A stretch of 32,775 bases of DNA from a virus, in the IMG/VR virus record IMGVR_UViG_3300045988_041693, positions 1 through 32,775 of that record; one strand, written 5' to 3'. The position numbers were made by a program, and so were the translations under genes. The notes beneath the pieces are model-generated. The model saw only the letters and a program-made list of their open reading frames with translations, had not been told where the DNA came from and did no database searches. Positions 7,476-17,409 of the stretch are shown piece by piece; the stretch's first letter is position 1, and each line of letters opens with the position of its first letter.

Positions 7476-8438
7476 TTATTTTTTGTAAAATCTCTTTGCC
7501 GCTTCGGCTACCGCGTCTCGGCTAAGGGCTGTTTCTTTCTTCTTGTCCTTTGGAATGCTTACCGGGGGAACACCGGGTTTCGCTGTTGCACGGCTGAACT
7601 GTGCGGTCATCGCTGCCACCGAGGCGGTCAACGTTGCGATAGATGTCTCAATTGCCGCAATACGGTTAGAAAAATCTTCGGGCACGGCTGCTGTTTCGGG
7701 TTCTGCTACCACTTCTTCTGCCTCGTAGGGCTTAACCTCGGTAATCACACCGCCTTCGATAGTGATAATCAGAATACCTTCCTCGACTTGGATCTGTACT
7801 TCACCATCCGGGTGAACGTTGCCTTCGCTATCAAAGACCTTATCACCGATAGCCATCACCTCACCAGCCGCCTCGATAGTAATGGTACTACCGTCCACGG
7901 TTTCTACTGTTTCCGTCGCAAACTGCGTCTTTTGGAACAAGCTTGCAAACGAGCTGAAAAATTTGTTCATTTTTTTCTCTGTTTTATTGTTATTAAAAAG
8001 GCTTTCCGTGGCGGCTGGAAGCCCCACTAAATCACATGAATACAACTCCACAAACTCGGTAACGTCAAGAATACCGTCATTCAATTCTACTGAATTGTAA
8101 CCAACCACCGAAACGCCTAGCATATCGGGTTCTTTTTCTATCATGGTTGCAATAAACTTCGCCTCGCTGGGGTAGGCTGTCTCAAGTGCTTCGGACATCT
8201 CGAAGTCGGCAAAAGCCGCGCCATTCTCGTAAACGAAGTTCGTAAACTTGCCTAAATACCCGTCCAGCATATCGCTGCCGTTGTGGGTGCGCCTGCAATG
8301 GACAGGCTTAAGGTTTCCGAGCGCTACAACGCTTTTAACAGCCGCGTCCGTAATCGAAAGGGGGTATTCCCCACCCTCGTACATCTCGAAGTTTTTCGTT
8401 AACCCGGCTTGAATAATTCTAAGCTTTTTAAATTTCAT
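7476..8438 (-). CDS. Prohead serine protease (HK97/S78-like N-terminal domain) fused to a scaffold-like C-terminal region
   Basis: THNGSDMLDGYLG, LGVSVVG and SCDLVGLPAATES resemble the S78 blocks (H...G, lSvGf, EvSlV..PA). The C-terminus is acidic and Ala-rich with a basic tail. The ATG at 8438 has the leader ACAACAAAAACAATTTTT; the track start at 8495 is less likely. Confidence 0.6.
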   Translation of the reverse strand: MKFKKLRIIQAGLTKNFEMYEGGEYPLSITDAAVKSVVALGNLKPVHCRRTHNGSDMLDGYLGKFTNFVYENGAAFADFEMSEALETAYPSEAKFIATMIEKEPDMLGVSVVGYNSVELNDGILDVTEFVELYSCDLVGLPAATESLFNNNKTEKKMNKFFSSFASLFQKTQFATETVETVDGSTITIEAAGEVMAIGDKVFDSEGNVHPDGEVQIQVEEGILIITIEGGVITEVKPYEAEEVVAEPETAAVPEDFSNRIAAIETSIATLTASVAAMTAQFSRATAKPGVPPVSIPKDKKKETALSRDAVAEAAKRFYKK

Positions 8439-8516
8439 AAAAATTGTTTTTGTTGTAACACGTGCAAAGATAGCGCCTTTTGCCGTATGCACCACCTCTG
8501 CACGAGTTGATTAGTA

Positions 8517-11018
8517 TTAGAAAGTTGCGAAGCCCTTGACTACCGCCACGTCGTTTTGTCCCGCGTTGATGTCCTGCACCGATACAACCGGGTTGGGCAT
8601 GCTCATAACCGCGTCGATAACAACCCCCGCCAGTTGGTTAATGCTTTCGCTCGATAGGCGCACGTTATCGGATCGCCTAACCATTCGGTTTGCTTCGGAG
8701 ATGCTTGCGACCATACCGCCATCAGCAAACTTGTAAAGCCCGGATGTACCGAAAGAGTTACCTCCGTGTGCCTCGTTAACAGCAGACAAGGCGTTAATCT
8801 CTGCACTGGCTGATTTCTTCATGATATAGACGTTCTCGCCTCCCTCGGCTTCGAACACTTGCCCGTTATCACCCCGGAATGTTACACCTCCTTGTGCGTG
8901 AGACTTTCCTACTATCATACCGCCCTTCGCGTACTTCTTAACGCTGCTTACCTTCGCTTCGGGTTCTTTCTGCTTTGCAATATTCGCAACTTGTTTCATA
9001 CCGAAAGCAATAACTATCGCGGCTTGTGCGATACCGAGTATACCACCTTGTGCCAGTGCTTTAGTAGCACCGATATAAGTGTTAATGGTTGCTTGAACCA
9101 CACCGAACGCCTTACCTATTGCACTCTCCTCACCCAGCAAAGTAGACATCTGACCTGCCAGCCCGGCTGTCATAGTCAATTCAGCGTTAACGCGTGCCTT
9201 CGTGTTGTCCTCTTTGGCTTTCTCGTACTTCGATTGGATGAGGGCTGTGTCCGCCCCTATCTTCTCGGCTGCTGCTATTTCCTGGGCGTATTGGGCGTCT
9301 AATGCGGCTTGCCTTAACTCGTATTCGTTCGCTATGTTAGCCATCTGCAATTCGCGTAGGTTAGCCTCGTCGAGTGCTTTCCTTTCTTTTTCGGCGCGGT
9401 CTTGTTCTTCTCGCATCTGCTGTTCCAGTTGTAACACACCTATCTGGAACGCTTGTTCCCGGTTGGCAAACTCCTGCTGCGAGATTAGGCCCTGTTCTAA
9501 ACGGTAACGTTCAAGCTTTAGACTTTCTTCGACGTACGCCTTTTCGTTTTCAAGTTTTAACGCTATACTGTCATTAGCTATTTCCTTTTCCTGCAAAGAT
9601 AGTTCTAACTTGGTACGCGCTTCCTCAAACTGTTTAATTGTCTGCTCCTGCAATTCCCGCTTCGCTTTTTCCACATCCTGGGCTGCCTTTATAGCCGCGG
9701 CCGCCTTTTTCTCCTCGTTAGCCTTAAAGGCGGCTGCGTTCTTTGCGTTCTGCTGGGCTACCAATCCGCTTGCCTGGTTTTCCAGCTCCTTACGCTGAGC
9801 GATGTATTCGGCTTGCTTGCTTTGAAGGTCTGCGAGCGCTTGCATTTCCGCCCTTCTATCCTCTTTCGTGGTGTATCCGAGTTCGTTTTGCGCCTTTATC
9901 TGCTCGTACTTTTGCTTCAACACACCGACTTCCGCGGCTTCCATCTGCTTAAGGATGGCAATACCCCGTTGCGCGGCTGCGTTCCGTTCGTTCATGCTCT
10001 TTAGCTGGTCTCCTACAAGCGTCTTTTGTGTTTGCAGCTCTCTACGCATCGCACTAACGGTAACAAGGTTCTTCGTTTCCGCCTCGTATATCGCTAATTC
10101 ATTCTGGGATAGTGATTTAGCTGCGTTTGCTGCCTTCGTAGTTTCCTCGGTTATCAGCCCGATAGACGAAAGAAGTGCTACGACCTTGTCGCTTACCCAG
10201 GTGAACGCCTCTGCTATGCCCGTCAGCATATCGGTTACCCCGTCAAGTATTCGAGAGAATATAACCTCAAAGGGTGCGAACGCTGCCTTAAGAGCCGAGG
10301 CCGCCTCACTGTTACGTTTTACCAGCTTTTCGATAGTAGAGGCGAGAAGGAGAACAAGCGATATGATAGCTAACAACGGGTTAGCCTTGATTACCGCATT
10401 AAACGCCTTGAAACCTTGTGTCCCGATATTCAGAGAGGACACCAGAGAACCAGTAGCGCCCGAAAGTCCCTTTGTATTGCTTAGCGCTTCTTGTACGCTC
10501 TCCGCGTAGTTACCTACGTTCCGACGGTTATCGCCTACCGCCTTTTCCATTTCCTTAAGCCTGTCGGAAATCTCTTTGGTCTCGGTAACAAGCGCTTTTC
10601 CCTCGTCGGTATTGTTACGGGTTGCCGCGCTCATCGCGTTTAGCTCCTTGGTGTTCTTCGCCAACCGTGCGCGTAAAGCGTCTACGCTGTCTTCCTGGCT
10701 CTTTAACAGCGTAGTGTTTACCTTGATAGCCGAGTTATTGTCAGCAATGGACTTATTGGTATCTGCCAACCGTTTCGTTAGGTCTACCTGGACTTTCGTC
10801 GCTTCGGAAACGGCTTTCTTATATTCGTCCTGCGACAAGCTGCCGGACTTGAAAGCCTTTCCTGCCTCGTCCAGTTGCTTCTTTTCGTCCTTCAACGCGC
10901 TTTGCAAAGACTTCTTTGTCTCTGCCAGTTCAAGCGACTTTGCAATTAACGCGTCCAGCCCGTCAAGTGCTTCGGAAGTATCGAAAGAGAGGTCTAATAA
11001 TGTAACTTGTTCAGCCAT
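8517..11018 (-). CDS. Tape-measure-like long coiled-coil virion protein (833 aa)
   Basis: Extensive heptad-rich, Ala/Lys/Glu/Gln-rich sequence. Internal hydrophobic segments ANPLLAIISLVLLLAS and GGILGIAQAAIVIAFG. Gly-rich C-terminal region. Confidence 0.6.
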   Translation of the reverse strand: MAEQVTLLDLSFDTSEALDGLDALIAKSLELAETKKSLQSALKDEKKQLDEAGKAFKSGSLSQDEYKKAVSEATKVQVDLTKRLADTNKSIADNNSAIKVNTTLLKSQEDSVDALRARLAKNTKELNAMSAATRNNTDEGKALVTETKEISDRLKEMEKAVGDNRRNVGNYAESVQEALSNTKGLSGATGSLVSSLNIGTQGFKAFNAVIKANPLLAIISLVLLLASTIEKLVKRNSEAASALKAAFAPFEVIFSRILDGVTDMLTGIAEAFTWVSDKVVALLSSIGLITEETTKAANAAKSLSQNELAIYEAETKNLVTVSAMRRELQTQKTLVGDQLKSMNERNAAAQRGIAILKQMEAAEVGVLKQKYEQIKAQNELGYTTKEDRRAEMQALADLQSKQAEYIAQRKELENQASGLVAQQNAKNAAAFKANEEKKAAAAIKAAQDVEKAKRELQEQTIKQFEEARTKLELSLQEKEIANDSIALKLENEKAYVEESLKLERYRLEQGLISQQEFANREQAFQIGVLQLEQQMREEQDRAEKERKALDEANLRELQMANIANEYELRQAALDAQYAQEIAAAEKIGADTALIQSKYEKAKEDNTKARVNAELTMTAGLAGQMSTLLGEESAIGKAFGVVQATINTYIGATKALAQGGILGIAQAAIVIAFGMKQVANIAKQKEPEAKVSSVKKYAKGGMIVGKSHAQGGVTFRGDNGQVFEAEGGENVYIMKKSASAEINALSAVNEAHGGNSFGTSGLYKFADGGMVASISEANRMVRRSDNVRLSSESINQLAGVVIDAVMSMPNPVVSVQDINAGQNDVAVVKGFATF

Positions 11019-11030
11019 AATGTTTTGTTT

Positions 11031-12641
11031 TTAATTGTTAACGGCTATTAATGTAACGTTAGCCGTGCCCGTTGATGCATCCCAGTTGCTGATAGTTCTA
11101 AGGTAGAACCAAGCGCCCAACTCGTCTATGTAATACAGCCCGTCCGACTTCATATTTTTTATGTCAAAATATGTTAACCGCATCTTTGCAGTCACTTGCC
11201 ACCCCAGGGAAAACCTTTCATAATGCCCTGCTATCGTAGCGCGGTAACCGCTTGCGCGGTTGAAATAGTTATCGAGAACCCACCACGTACCGGTGTTTTG
11301 CCTTATCATGGTGGCACAGGGGCGAGTCACACCCGGGTTTACCGGGAAATTGCTTTCTCCAGCGGTCTCCTGCGGGGATATTGCACCCCCGTAGCCGCCA
11401 ACGGTTTGCGTTAATTCGCCTACCTTTACAGCGTATGTTCGCGCGGCTCCCTCTGCTTCGGACACCTTAACACTGGAGGGGTCTATTTTCCCCGTCCAGT
11501 TAATTCTATACGTAGACGAGGTAGACGGGTTCACGAACGGTTTGAGTGTCAACGAAAACGGATCGGACTGAAACTCATAAGTCCAGCAAAACGCTTTGCA
11601 GAACGCCTGCACGATATCGAACGGGGTGTTCAGCCCCATCGTTGACACTAAGTCCCGGGCATATGCTGGAGATCCAACCGCCTTGATACGGAACGAAATA
11701 TAATACGCTTCGGTAGTAGGTACGGAAGTAATAGGCGCACCCAAGTAAACCATAGAACTCGAAGATGTTGTAAACCCGAAGTTCAAGTCTCGTGCAGGCC
11801 TCGGAGTTATTATACACGACATGGTGCCGGGGCTAACCGGGTAGTAGGGATAATTACCATCAGGTCTTACGGTTCCGCGCGCGAAAGGCAAAGCGAATGT
11901 ACCCCCGTTACTTCGTAGGTAGACGGTTGCCGGGGCGGACGGTGGTAGGATAATGAAGGAATCTGGAGTGAATTCAAGGTCGAACGTAGAACCCACCATG
12001 TATGTGAAGCATGTTGCTACGTCGTTATTCTCCGCTATCATGTAATTGGCAGCGTACACCGAACCCCTAAGCCCGTCATGTGCACCCTTAAATACCAACT
12101 GACTTTCCGCGTCCTGGTAATCGCCTGCTGTTTTCGTTTCCCGGTCTGCCACGTACGCCAGTTTTATGACGGTTGTGCCGTCCGACGCATATAGATTAGG
12201 CATACTTACCGGGGCGGGGTACGCGTAGTTAAGACTATCCACGTACGTCGAAAACTGGTACTCCGGCGTTTCAAAGGTAGGTATATTAACTACCGGGGCG
12301 CGGAGGGTCGAAAGCTTCGATACGGTTTCAATGAGTTCAATCGTATAGCTATCCAGTTCAGCGGACACACGGGCACGGAACAACCCGCCACCGACCGGGA
12401 CGTCAAGCCCCGAAAAACTAATCTCGGCTACATACGGGGAAGTCCGCGTATAGTAACCGGGAAAACGTTCGGACTTTAGCACCCGGTCATTAACTTGTGA
12501 CCGGGGCACGGTAATAGACCCCGAATAACTAACCGTTCGTTCGGAGAATTTAATTGGGTCGGGGTTGTTGATGGTGAGTTTTACCGCACCGGGCGTTACA
12601 CCGTCCAACAACACACCGTTTATTCTTATTTGTACTTCCAT
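11031..12641 (-). CDS. Putative tail, baseplate or receptor-binding structural protein (536 aa)
   Basis: Large beta-rich protein in the late operon. The N-terminus MEVQIRINGVLLDG is reminiscent of distal-tail-type proteins. No firm motif. Confidence 0.45.
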   Translation of the reverse strand: MEVQIRINGVLLDGVTPGAVKLTINNPDPIKFSERTVSYSGSITVPRSQVNDRVLKSERFPGYYTRTSPYVAEISFSGLDVPVGGGLFRARVSAELDSYTIELIETVSKLSTLRAPVVNIPTFETPEYQFSTYVDSLNYAYPAPVSMPNLYASDGTTVIKLAYVADRETKTAGDYQDAESQLVFKGAHDGLRGSVYAANYMIAENNDVATCFTYMVGSTFDLEFTPDSFIILPPSAPATVYLRSNGGTFALPFARGTVRPDGNYPYYPVSPGTMSCIITPRPARDLNFGFTTSSSSMVYLGAPITSVPTTEAYYISFRIKAVGSPAYARDLVSTMGLNTPFDIVQAFCKAFCWTYEFQSDPFSLTLKPFVNPSTSSTYRINWTGKIDPSSVKVSEAEGAARTYAVKVGELTQTVGGYGGAISPQETAGESNFPVNPGVTRPCATMIRQNTGTWWVLDNYFNRASGYRATIAGHYERFSLGWQVTAKMRLTYFDIKNMKSDGLYYIDELGAWFYLRTISNWDASTGTANVTLIAVNN

Positions 12642-12644
12642 TTT

Positions 12645-13652
12645 CTAAGGTTCTACTATTTCAAATTTGCATTTAAAGTTAACCGCCCTTCCGAGCGCGC
12701 CACCTTGTGCGTTAAACGCGGTAGGGTTCATAATTGTAACACGTGCCCACTGGGCTGTGTCTATGGGGAACACCCCTGCAACATCCGTTGTACGTGACAA
12801 CTGCAAAAGCGCCTTTTCGTTATCGGCTGTTACCGTCGTGCCTACTGTGACCTCATACGATAATATCCGATTACCGCCCGAATAGTTAACCAAGTAGGTA
12901 GGCACAATACGGTATCGGTCGAAGTACATCGAATCATAAGCCCCGTGTGAGTTAAGCCAACGAAGTGTAACGCGTTTGTTTGGGTCGGGGCAATACGGGT
13001 ATTTACGTTCGAACTGCATAATACCCCAGCTACTCGCAGATGACGGTAAAAAAAACTGTAGGCCTGCTGCACCGGGTGCTCGTATCTTTCCGTTCTCCCA
13101 GACGGCAGCCGGGCTGCCCCCTACCGTGCCGTATCTTATATACTCGTTTACACTTGTCTGACCGTATATAACTTTGTTCGAGAAGGGCACACCCGTCAAA
13201 GGAGATGTTTTAGTTAATGTAAAGTCCAGCGCGTTGAACTTCCCGTTTGCATAATCCGATAGGCCGCCCGAGTATGCCTCCGAGGCAAACCGCGCATTCT
13301 TAGAAGCCACGTTAATAACGCGTAGGTTTATAGATTTACTCGTGCCGCCCTCCACGTAGTTAACGGCTACCACATCGGCAAAACGCCCGCCCGTCGCCGT
13401 GTTCATGGTTGCCTCTGTTACTGACGGGTAAAGAGCCGCCAACGTGCTAACATCAACTACGGAGTTTTCGTAGGGTACGACCTTCGCGCCTGCGATACCC
13501 GCCCCGTTACGGGAATACCGTAAAAAGATGGATGTCACCGCGCTCGTCTGTTCAAACCGTATGGGGCGGTAAATGCCTGGGGCGATGCTTCCTACCGACA
13601 GTGTACCAGCGGCTGTTACTGTTGCGTTCGTTATTAAATCACGTACTATCAT
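12645..13652 (-). CDS. Putative virion structural protein (335 aa)
   Basis: Intact ORF 3 nt upstream of the 536-aa gene. Gly/Thr/Ala/Val-rich composition typical of fibre or tail proteins. Confidence 0.45.
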   Translation of the reverse strand: MIVRDLITNATVTAAGTLSVGSIAPGIYRPIRFEQTSAVTSIFLRYSRNGAGIAGAKVVPYENSVVDVSTLAALYPSVTEATMNTATGGRFADVVAVNYVEGGTSKSINLRVINVASKNARFASEAYSGGLSDYANGKFNALDFTLTKTSPLTGVPFSNKVIYGQTSVNEYIRYGTVGGSPAAVWENGKIRAPGAAGLQFFLPSSASSWGIMQFERKYPYCPDPNKRVTLRWLNSHGAYDSMYFDRYRIVPTYLVNYSGGNRILSYEVTVGTTVTADNEKALLQLSRTTDVAGVFPIDTAQWARVTIMNPTAFNAQGGALGRAVNFKCKFEIVEP

Positions 13653-13657
13653 ATTTG

Positions 13658-14092
13658 CTATTTCTTTAAAATTGTTAATATCTCCGCGCTGATAATACGG
13701 TTAACTTCCACCGTTACGCGCTTGATAAGTTCGGGGGTCAATATCTTACTTGCTACACCACCAGCGTTGTATTCGTTAGGTACGCTGATACCGTCCCGTT
13801 TAATCACATAGGCAATCGCGTAGGCGGCTTCTTCGGGTATGTCCGTACCGGCGTTCGCGTTCTTGTCCTTAATCCACTGCTTGATAGCGGATATGGGCGG
13901 CATCGTGCCGGGTCTACGTCCGTCCTCCATCTGATAGATGTATGCCGGGGCTACGATACGAACGCCTCCGGGGTATTCCTCTACTTGTGTTTGCTTATCG
14001 AAGTTACCCGAGGCGTTCAGCTTCATAGCGTAGTAGTTGGCTACAATATCGTCTCGGATCTTTTTAACCGCCTGTACTACTTCGCTGTTCAT
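13658..14092 (-). CDS. Hypothetical virion protein, possibly a head-tail connector (HK97 gp10-like)
   Basis: 144 aa in a late-operon position. The GRRPGTMPPISAIKQWI block weakly resembles gp10-family proteins. Confidence 0.4.
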   Translation of the reverse strand: MNSEVVQAVKKIRDDIVANYYAMKLNASGNFDKQTQVEEYPGGVRIVAPAYIYQMEDGRRPGTMPPISAIKQWIKDKNANAGTDIPEEAAYAIAYVIKRDGISVPNEYNAGGVASKILTPELIKRVTVEVNRIISAEILTILKK

Positions 14093-14094
14093 GC

Positions 14095-14439
14095 TTACAA
14101 GTATTTAAACCATGCGTATGGCTTACGGTTTTTAAGGTATTCGGTATCGTGGTCGTTGATGTACGCCTCTTTCTCGAAGCCCATTCTATCATAGGGCTTG
14201 TCGTTCGGGTCACACGGCTTCTTCTCGAAACTCCATGCAAAGTAACGTATTACCCATTCGATACCGTACCAAAGGTAGAAAGGCACGTAAAGCATTTCGC
14301 GCATCTGTTTGGTGTGGATGCTTTCGTGTCTTATGGTCTTTTCACCTATGTAGGCGTTGCCGCGAACGAACAACACGCCAAATAGGTTAATGGCTTTGAA
14401 GCCCTTAAAGGGGATAAACTTGTTTCTGATAATCTTCAT
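14095..14439 (-). CDS. Small HExxH-motif protein (putative Zn-metallopeptidase-like)
   Basis: IRHESIHTKQMRE contains HExxH, preceded by FGVLFVRGN. This resembles the DUF4157/SprT-like pattern (hydrophobic strand, short gap, HExxHxxQ). Confidence 0.55.
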   Translation of the reverse strand: MKIIRNKFIPFKGFKAINLFGVLFVRGNAYIGEKTIRHESIHTKQMREMLYVPFYLWYGIEWVIRYFAWSFEKKPCDPNDKPYDRMGFEKEAYINDHDTEYLKNRKPYAWFKYL

Positions 14440-14518
14440 GGTTTCATGTGCCGTTCATTAGTTAACGACGCACAAAAGTACGTAGTAAATCACTACGAAA
14501 CAAGCCGCGCCAAGTCTG

Positions 14519-14920
14519 CTATCCGAATTTGTATACATCCAAAACGGCCTCCCATCCCGACTTTATACTATCGTACTGGTTCTGCACTTTCGACAAGCGA
14601 ATTGCCCCTATCTCGTAGCCGCACACAAAAGCAGCCAACATATCCTGCAAAAGCCGGTCGGTGCGTATCAGCGTCGCAATCTCTACGGCATCATCGCGCA
14701 TGTACTCGGACGTACCCATACAGCGTATTACGATAGTGTAGCCATTGCTACGCGGTACGTTCACGTCGTTATAAAAGCCCGTGGTTATATCCAGGGTGAA
14801 GAAGTCTACTGATAAACTGTTTGCCGCCACGTTCTGTACTGCGGTGTCTCCGAACACCAGCGGAAGCCCCAAAGCTGCCGCACGTGTATTCGCTGTGTTG
14901 TAAATTGTCTCAAAGGTCAT
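14519..14920 (-). CDS. Hypothetical late-operon protein (133 aa)
   Basis: Intact ORF closely following the preceding gene (3-nt gap, 14921-14923). No motif recognised. Confidence 0.5.
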   Translation of the reverse strand: MTFETIYNTANTRAAALGLPLVFGDTAVQNVAANSLSVDFFTLDITTGFYNDVNVPRSNGYTIVIRCMGTSEYMRDDAVEIATLIRTDRLLQDMLAAFVCGYEIGAIRLSKVQNQYDSIKSGWEAVLDVYKFG

Positions 14921-14923
14921 ATG

Positions 14924-15538
14924 TTAACGGTTTTTAGATTGTTGTTTCTTTAATTCACGTTTCTCTTTCTCTATCTCGTCGTTACGTTTGGCGATTGCCA
15001 GCATAGCGTCCGAGTAGTTGATTTGCTTTGCCTCGTCAAAGCTACAGTGGAAAAGCTCGGCGGTTACCTGCACAAGCCCGAGAAGGTTCTTTGCCTGCTT
15101 GATATTCTCGTCCCCGGTCAACGCGCTTTCACCGCCTTTGCCGTGCATGTTTTGGAAAATCACCTGCTCCAGCCCGTCGGCAATCTCCAATTGCTTAACT
15201 ATGAACTTGTCAAGCTTTACGGCATCGACGACGGTAACGGGTTCATAGTTATCATCAGTCCATGCCTTGATACGTTCTAACGCGTCCTCGGATCTTCGAG
15301 TTTCAAGGATAGCCCATAAACCGATTTCCTCAATGCCCTTAAGGCGGTACACTGCTTTGCCGTTGCGGGTTGCTACCTGGGAAGGCTTAAGGTACTTAAT
15401 CGTGTCTTTGAGCAAGCGTTCCTCGTCCCGTGTCATGCGTACCGTGCCATCTGCCGGCATGTTCGCGATACGGAGCATAGCCGAACGGTTACGGATATTG
15501 GCAATTTTGAAAGATAGTCTAAAAAGTAAATTCTTCAT
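14924..15538 (-). CDS. Hypothetical late-operon protein (204 aa)
   Basis: Intact ORF downstream of terL with an A-rich leader and a basic C-terminal coiled tail. No motif recognised. Confidence 0.5.
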   Translation of the reverse strand: MKNLLFRLSFKIANIRNRSAMLRIANMPADGTVRMTRDEERLLKDTIKYLKPSQVATRNGKAVYRLKGIEEIGLWAILETRRSEDALERIKAWTDDNYEPVTVVDAVKLDKFIVKQLEIADGLEQVIFQNMHGKGGESALTGDENIKQAKNLLGLVQVTAELFHCSFDEAKQINYSDAMLAIAKRNDEIEKEKRELKKQQSKNR

Positions 15539-15624
15539 TTTAAAGCGTTTTAAGCGACTTTCTTTGTCGCGGTTAGTAGTTACCCACTATCGGGGGAGAA
15601 AAGCCCGTAGAGGGAAAGCAAATG

Positions 15625-16770
15625 CTATTTGGGGCGGTATTTACGTATTAGGTAATCCACGCCATAACGCAAAGCGTCGAGTGAGTGGTTCCAAGCGTCT
15701 ATGGGTTCGTTGGTGTACGTATCGGTTGCCTCGTCCTTTATCCACTTGTAATTATCCAGCTCGTCCAGCATCTTAACGCTTCTTTTCGTTACGTGCAGTT
15801 TGAACTGCGACACCTGGGCGATACCTGCCGATATTGAGCCGCGCCCCTTGACACACGGTATCGCTTTGATACGTCTTTGCTGTAGCTCCACAATACTCTT
15901 TTGCTCCGCACTGTCGCACACGGTAACGACGCGGTTAAGCCCCTGGCTCGTCAAGTAGTCCGCGATGGCGCTGTTAAGTAGACCCGTCTCATAGCAAAGA
16001 AGGTCTACGTACAAGTCCCATCCCTCAAAGCGTATATCAACAATGGCGGTGGGGTCGTTAACGAAACCGAAGTCAAGCCCGAGGCACCGCCCGGTGAACG
16101 TTTCCGGTAGCTCGTCTATTACCTCATAGCTGGGGTAAACGTTACCCTCTACACCGCCCGTCTCGCCCTCTCCGTAGACGCGCCACCAGTTGGCGTCGCC
16201 CTTGTTCTTCTCGATTGCGCCCACCTGCTCCTTGGTTAGGTACGGGTTATCCTTGTACGTTGAATGGATGGTTACGTACCTTTCGCCTACGAACTCGGTC
16301 TCACCCCAGAACTTTCTAACGGGGTTGTAGTCAATGATGACTTTTTTACGTGTACGGATATCAAGCTGCCTAAAGATTTCACGCGGTATGCCCTGCGCCT
16401 CATTGACATACAGAATATCACGTGCAGGACCATGTACCTTCGAGGCATTATCGACGCCAAAGAACTCTATCACGCACCCGTTGGGGTACGTGTAGCACCC
16501 CTCGGTCTTGTTGAACGCGTTCTCGTCCCAGACGCCCTCGGTTACCAGCATCTGCTTGAAGTCCCGTTGCATGCCTCGCTTCACCATAGGCAGCGTAGCG
16601 GCAACGCACGAAACGATGAGGGGCTTTACGGAGTTGGCGCAAAGGAGGTGCAACAGCTGCAACACCGCCCAGGTCTTGCCGGAACGCGTGCCGCCCTTTG
16701 ACGCGACACCACGTATCCGGGGGTCGACGAAAGCCGCCAACAGCTTTTCAAATGTATATGTTACATTCAT
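15625..16770 (-). CDS. terL: Terminase large subunit (PBSX/Terminase_3-like)
   Basis: Walker A KGGTRSGKT near the N-terminus, a DYNP block and a C-terminal nuclease-type region. The start overlaps the terS stop (TGATG). Confidence 0.88.
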   Translation of the reverse strand: MNVTYTFEKLLAAFVDPRIRGVASKGGTRSGKTWAVLQLLHLLCANSVKPLIVSCVAATLPMVKRGMQRDFKQMLVTEGVWDENAFNKTEGCYTYPNGCVIEFFGVDNASKVHGPARDILYVNEAQGIPREIFRQLDIRTRKKVIIDYNPVRKFWGETEFVGERYVTIHSTYKDNPYLTKEQVGAIEKNKGDANWWRVYGEGETGGVEGNVYPSYEVIDELPETFTGRCLGLDFGFVNDPTAIVDIRFEGWDLYVDLLCYETGLLNSAIADYLTSQGLNRVVTVCDSAEQKSIVELQQRRIKAIPCVKGRGSISAGIAQVSQFKLHVTKRSVKMLDELDNYKWIKDEATDTYTNEPIDAWNHSLDALRYGVDYLIRKYRPK

Positions 16771-17393
16771 CAGATACCCCCTAACTTTTGTAGGTTCTTG
16801 ACGGCGTCCTCGGAAAGCACATTGACCTGCATAGCCTTTGTGCCCGCCTCCTTACCGTTGCTCGTCACATCTTTAAGGTCTCGCAACCCTCGTAGCTTCG
16901 CCATGTAGTTGGCATCCACCATCCCGGCGAGGGCTGCTTCGTCCATCTCGGTGGTGATAAGCTCCTTTATCAGAGTGTAACCGAGTAGAAGGTTCTCTGC
17001 GTCGGGGTTCGTCTCGGAAGCCTTTTCCAGCTTCGCTATGTTCTTATTGAAGTCTTTTATAGACCAGCCTATGAAAAGGCAGAAGCCGCCAACAGAGGGC
17101 GCGCGTTTCTTCTCCACGGGTACTTTCTGCCCTGCTGCCGCACCGCCTTTCAATATCTCGTATTGGATATAGGGGTTCTTCTCGCAGAAGTTCATGTACT
17201 CCGCTACGTAATTAATACACTCGTCGATGCTGTTAAGCGTAGCGCCTTTAACGCCTCGTGTCTGCATGACCTCATAAAGTTGTGTGCATGCCTTTAGCTC
17301 GTCCTTTGGTTTCGGGGGTGTCCCGGTTGCCTGCCCTTTCTTGATTTCCTTTTTCGTATCGGGGACGGCTTCTTTCTTTGTTCTTCCTGCCAT
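16770..17393 (-). CDS. terS: Terminase small subunit (Terminase_2-like)
   Basis: KKRAPSVGGFCLFIGWSIKDF matches the conserved kkrP.t..Gl..fLGis block. Lies directly upstream of terL and is translationally coupled to it. Confidence 0.72.
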   Translation of the reverse strand: MAGRTKKEAVPDTKKEIKKGQATGTPPKPKDELKACTQLYEVMQTRGVKGATLNSIDECINYVAEYMNFCEKNPYIQYEILKGGAAAGQKVPVEKKRAPSVGGFCLFIGWSIKDFNKNIAKLEKASETNPDAENLLLGYTLIKELITTEMDEAALAGMVDANYMAKLRGLRDLKDVTSNGKEAGTKAMQVNVLSEDAVKNLQKLGGI

Positions 17394-17409
17394 AATCGTT
17401 AATTGGTTT

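Noticed and set aside
8603-8806. Minus-strand ORFs nested out of frame within larger genes: 8603-8806, 11575-11817, 12842-13072, 16448-16642, 24497-24703, 25271-25543 and 30608-30799.
   Set aside because: They are completely contained in longer ORFs with recognisable domains. They are Arg/Cys/Ser/Thr-rich and have no leader consensus. They are most likely chance ORFs.
8517-11018. A programmed frameshift chaperone pair (G/GT-like) upstream of the tape-measure-like gene.
   Set aside because: The upstream gene is a single 536-aa ORF, not a pair of small overlapping ORFs. I saw no slippery heptamer with a downstream alternative frame there.
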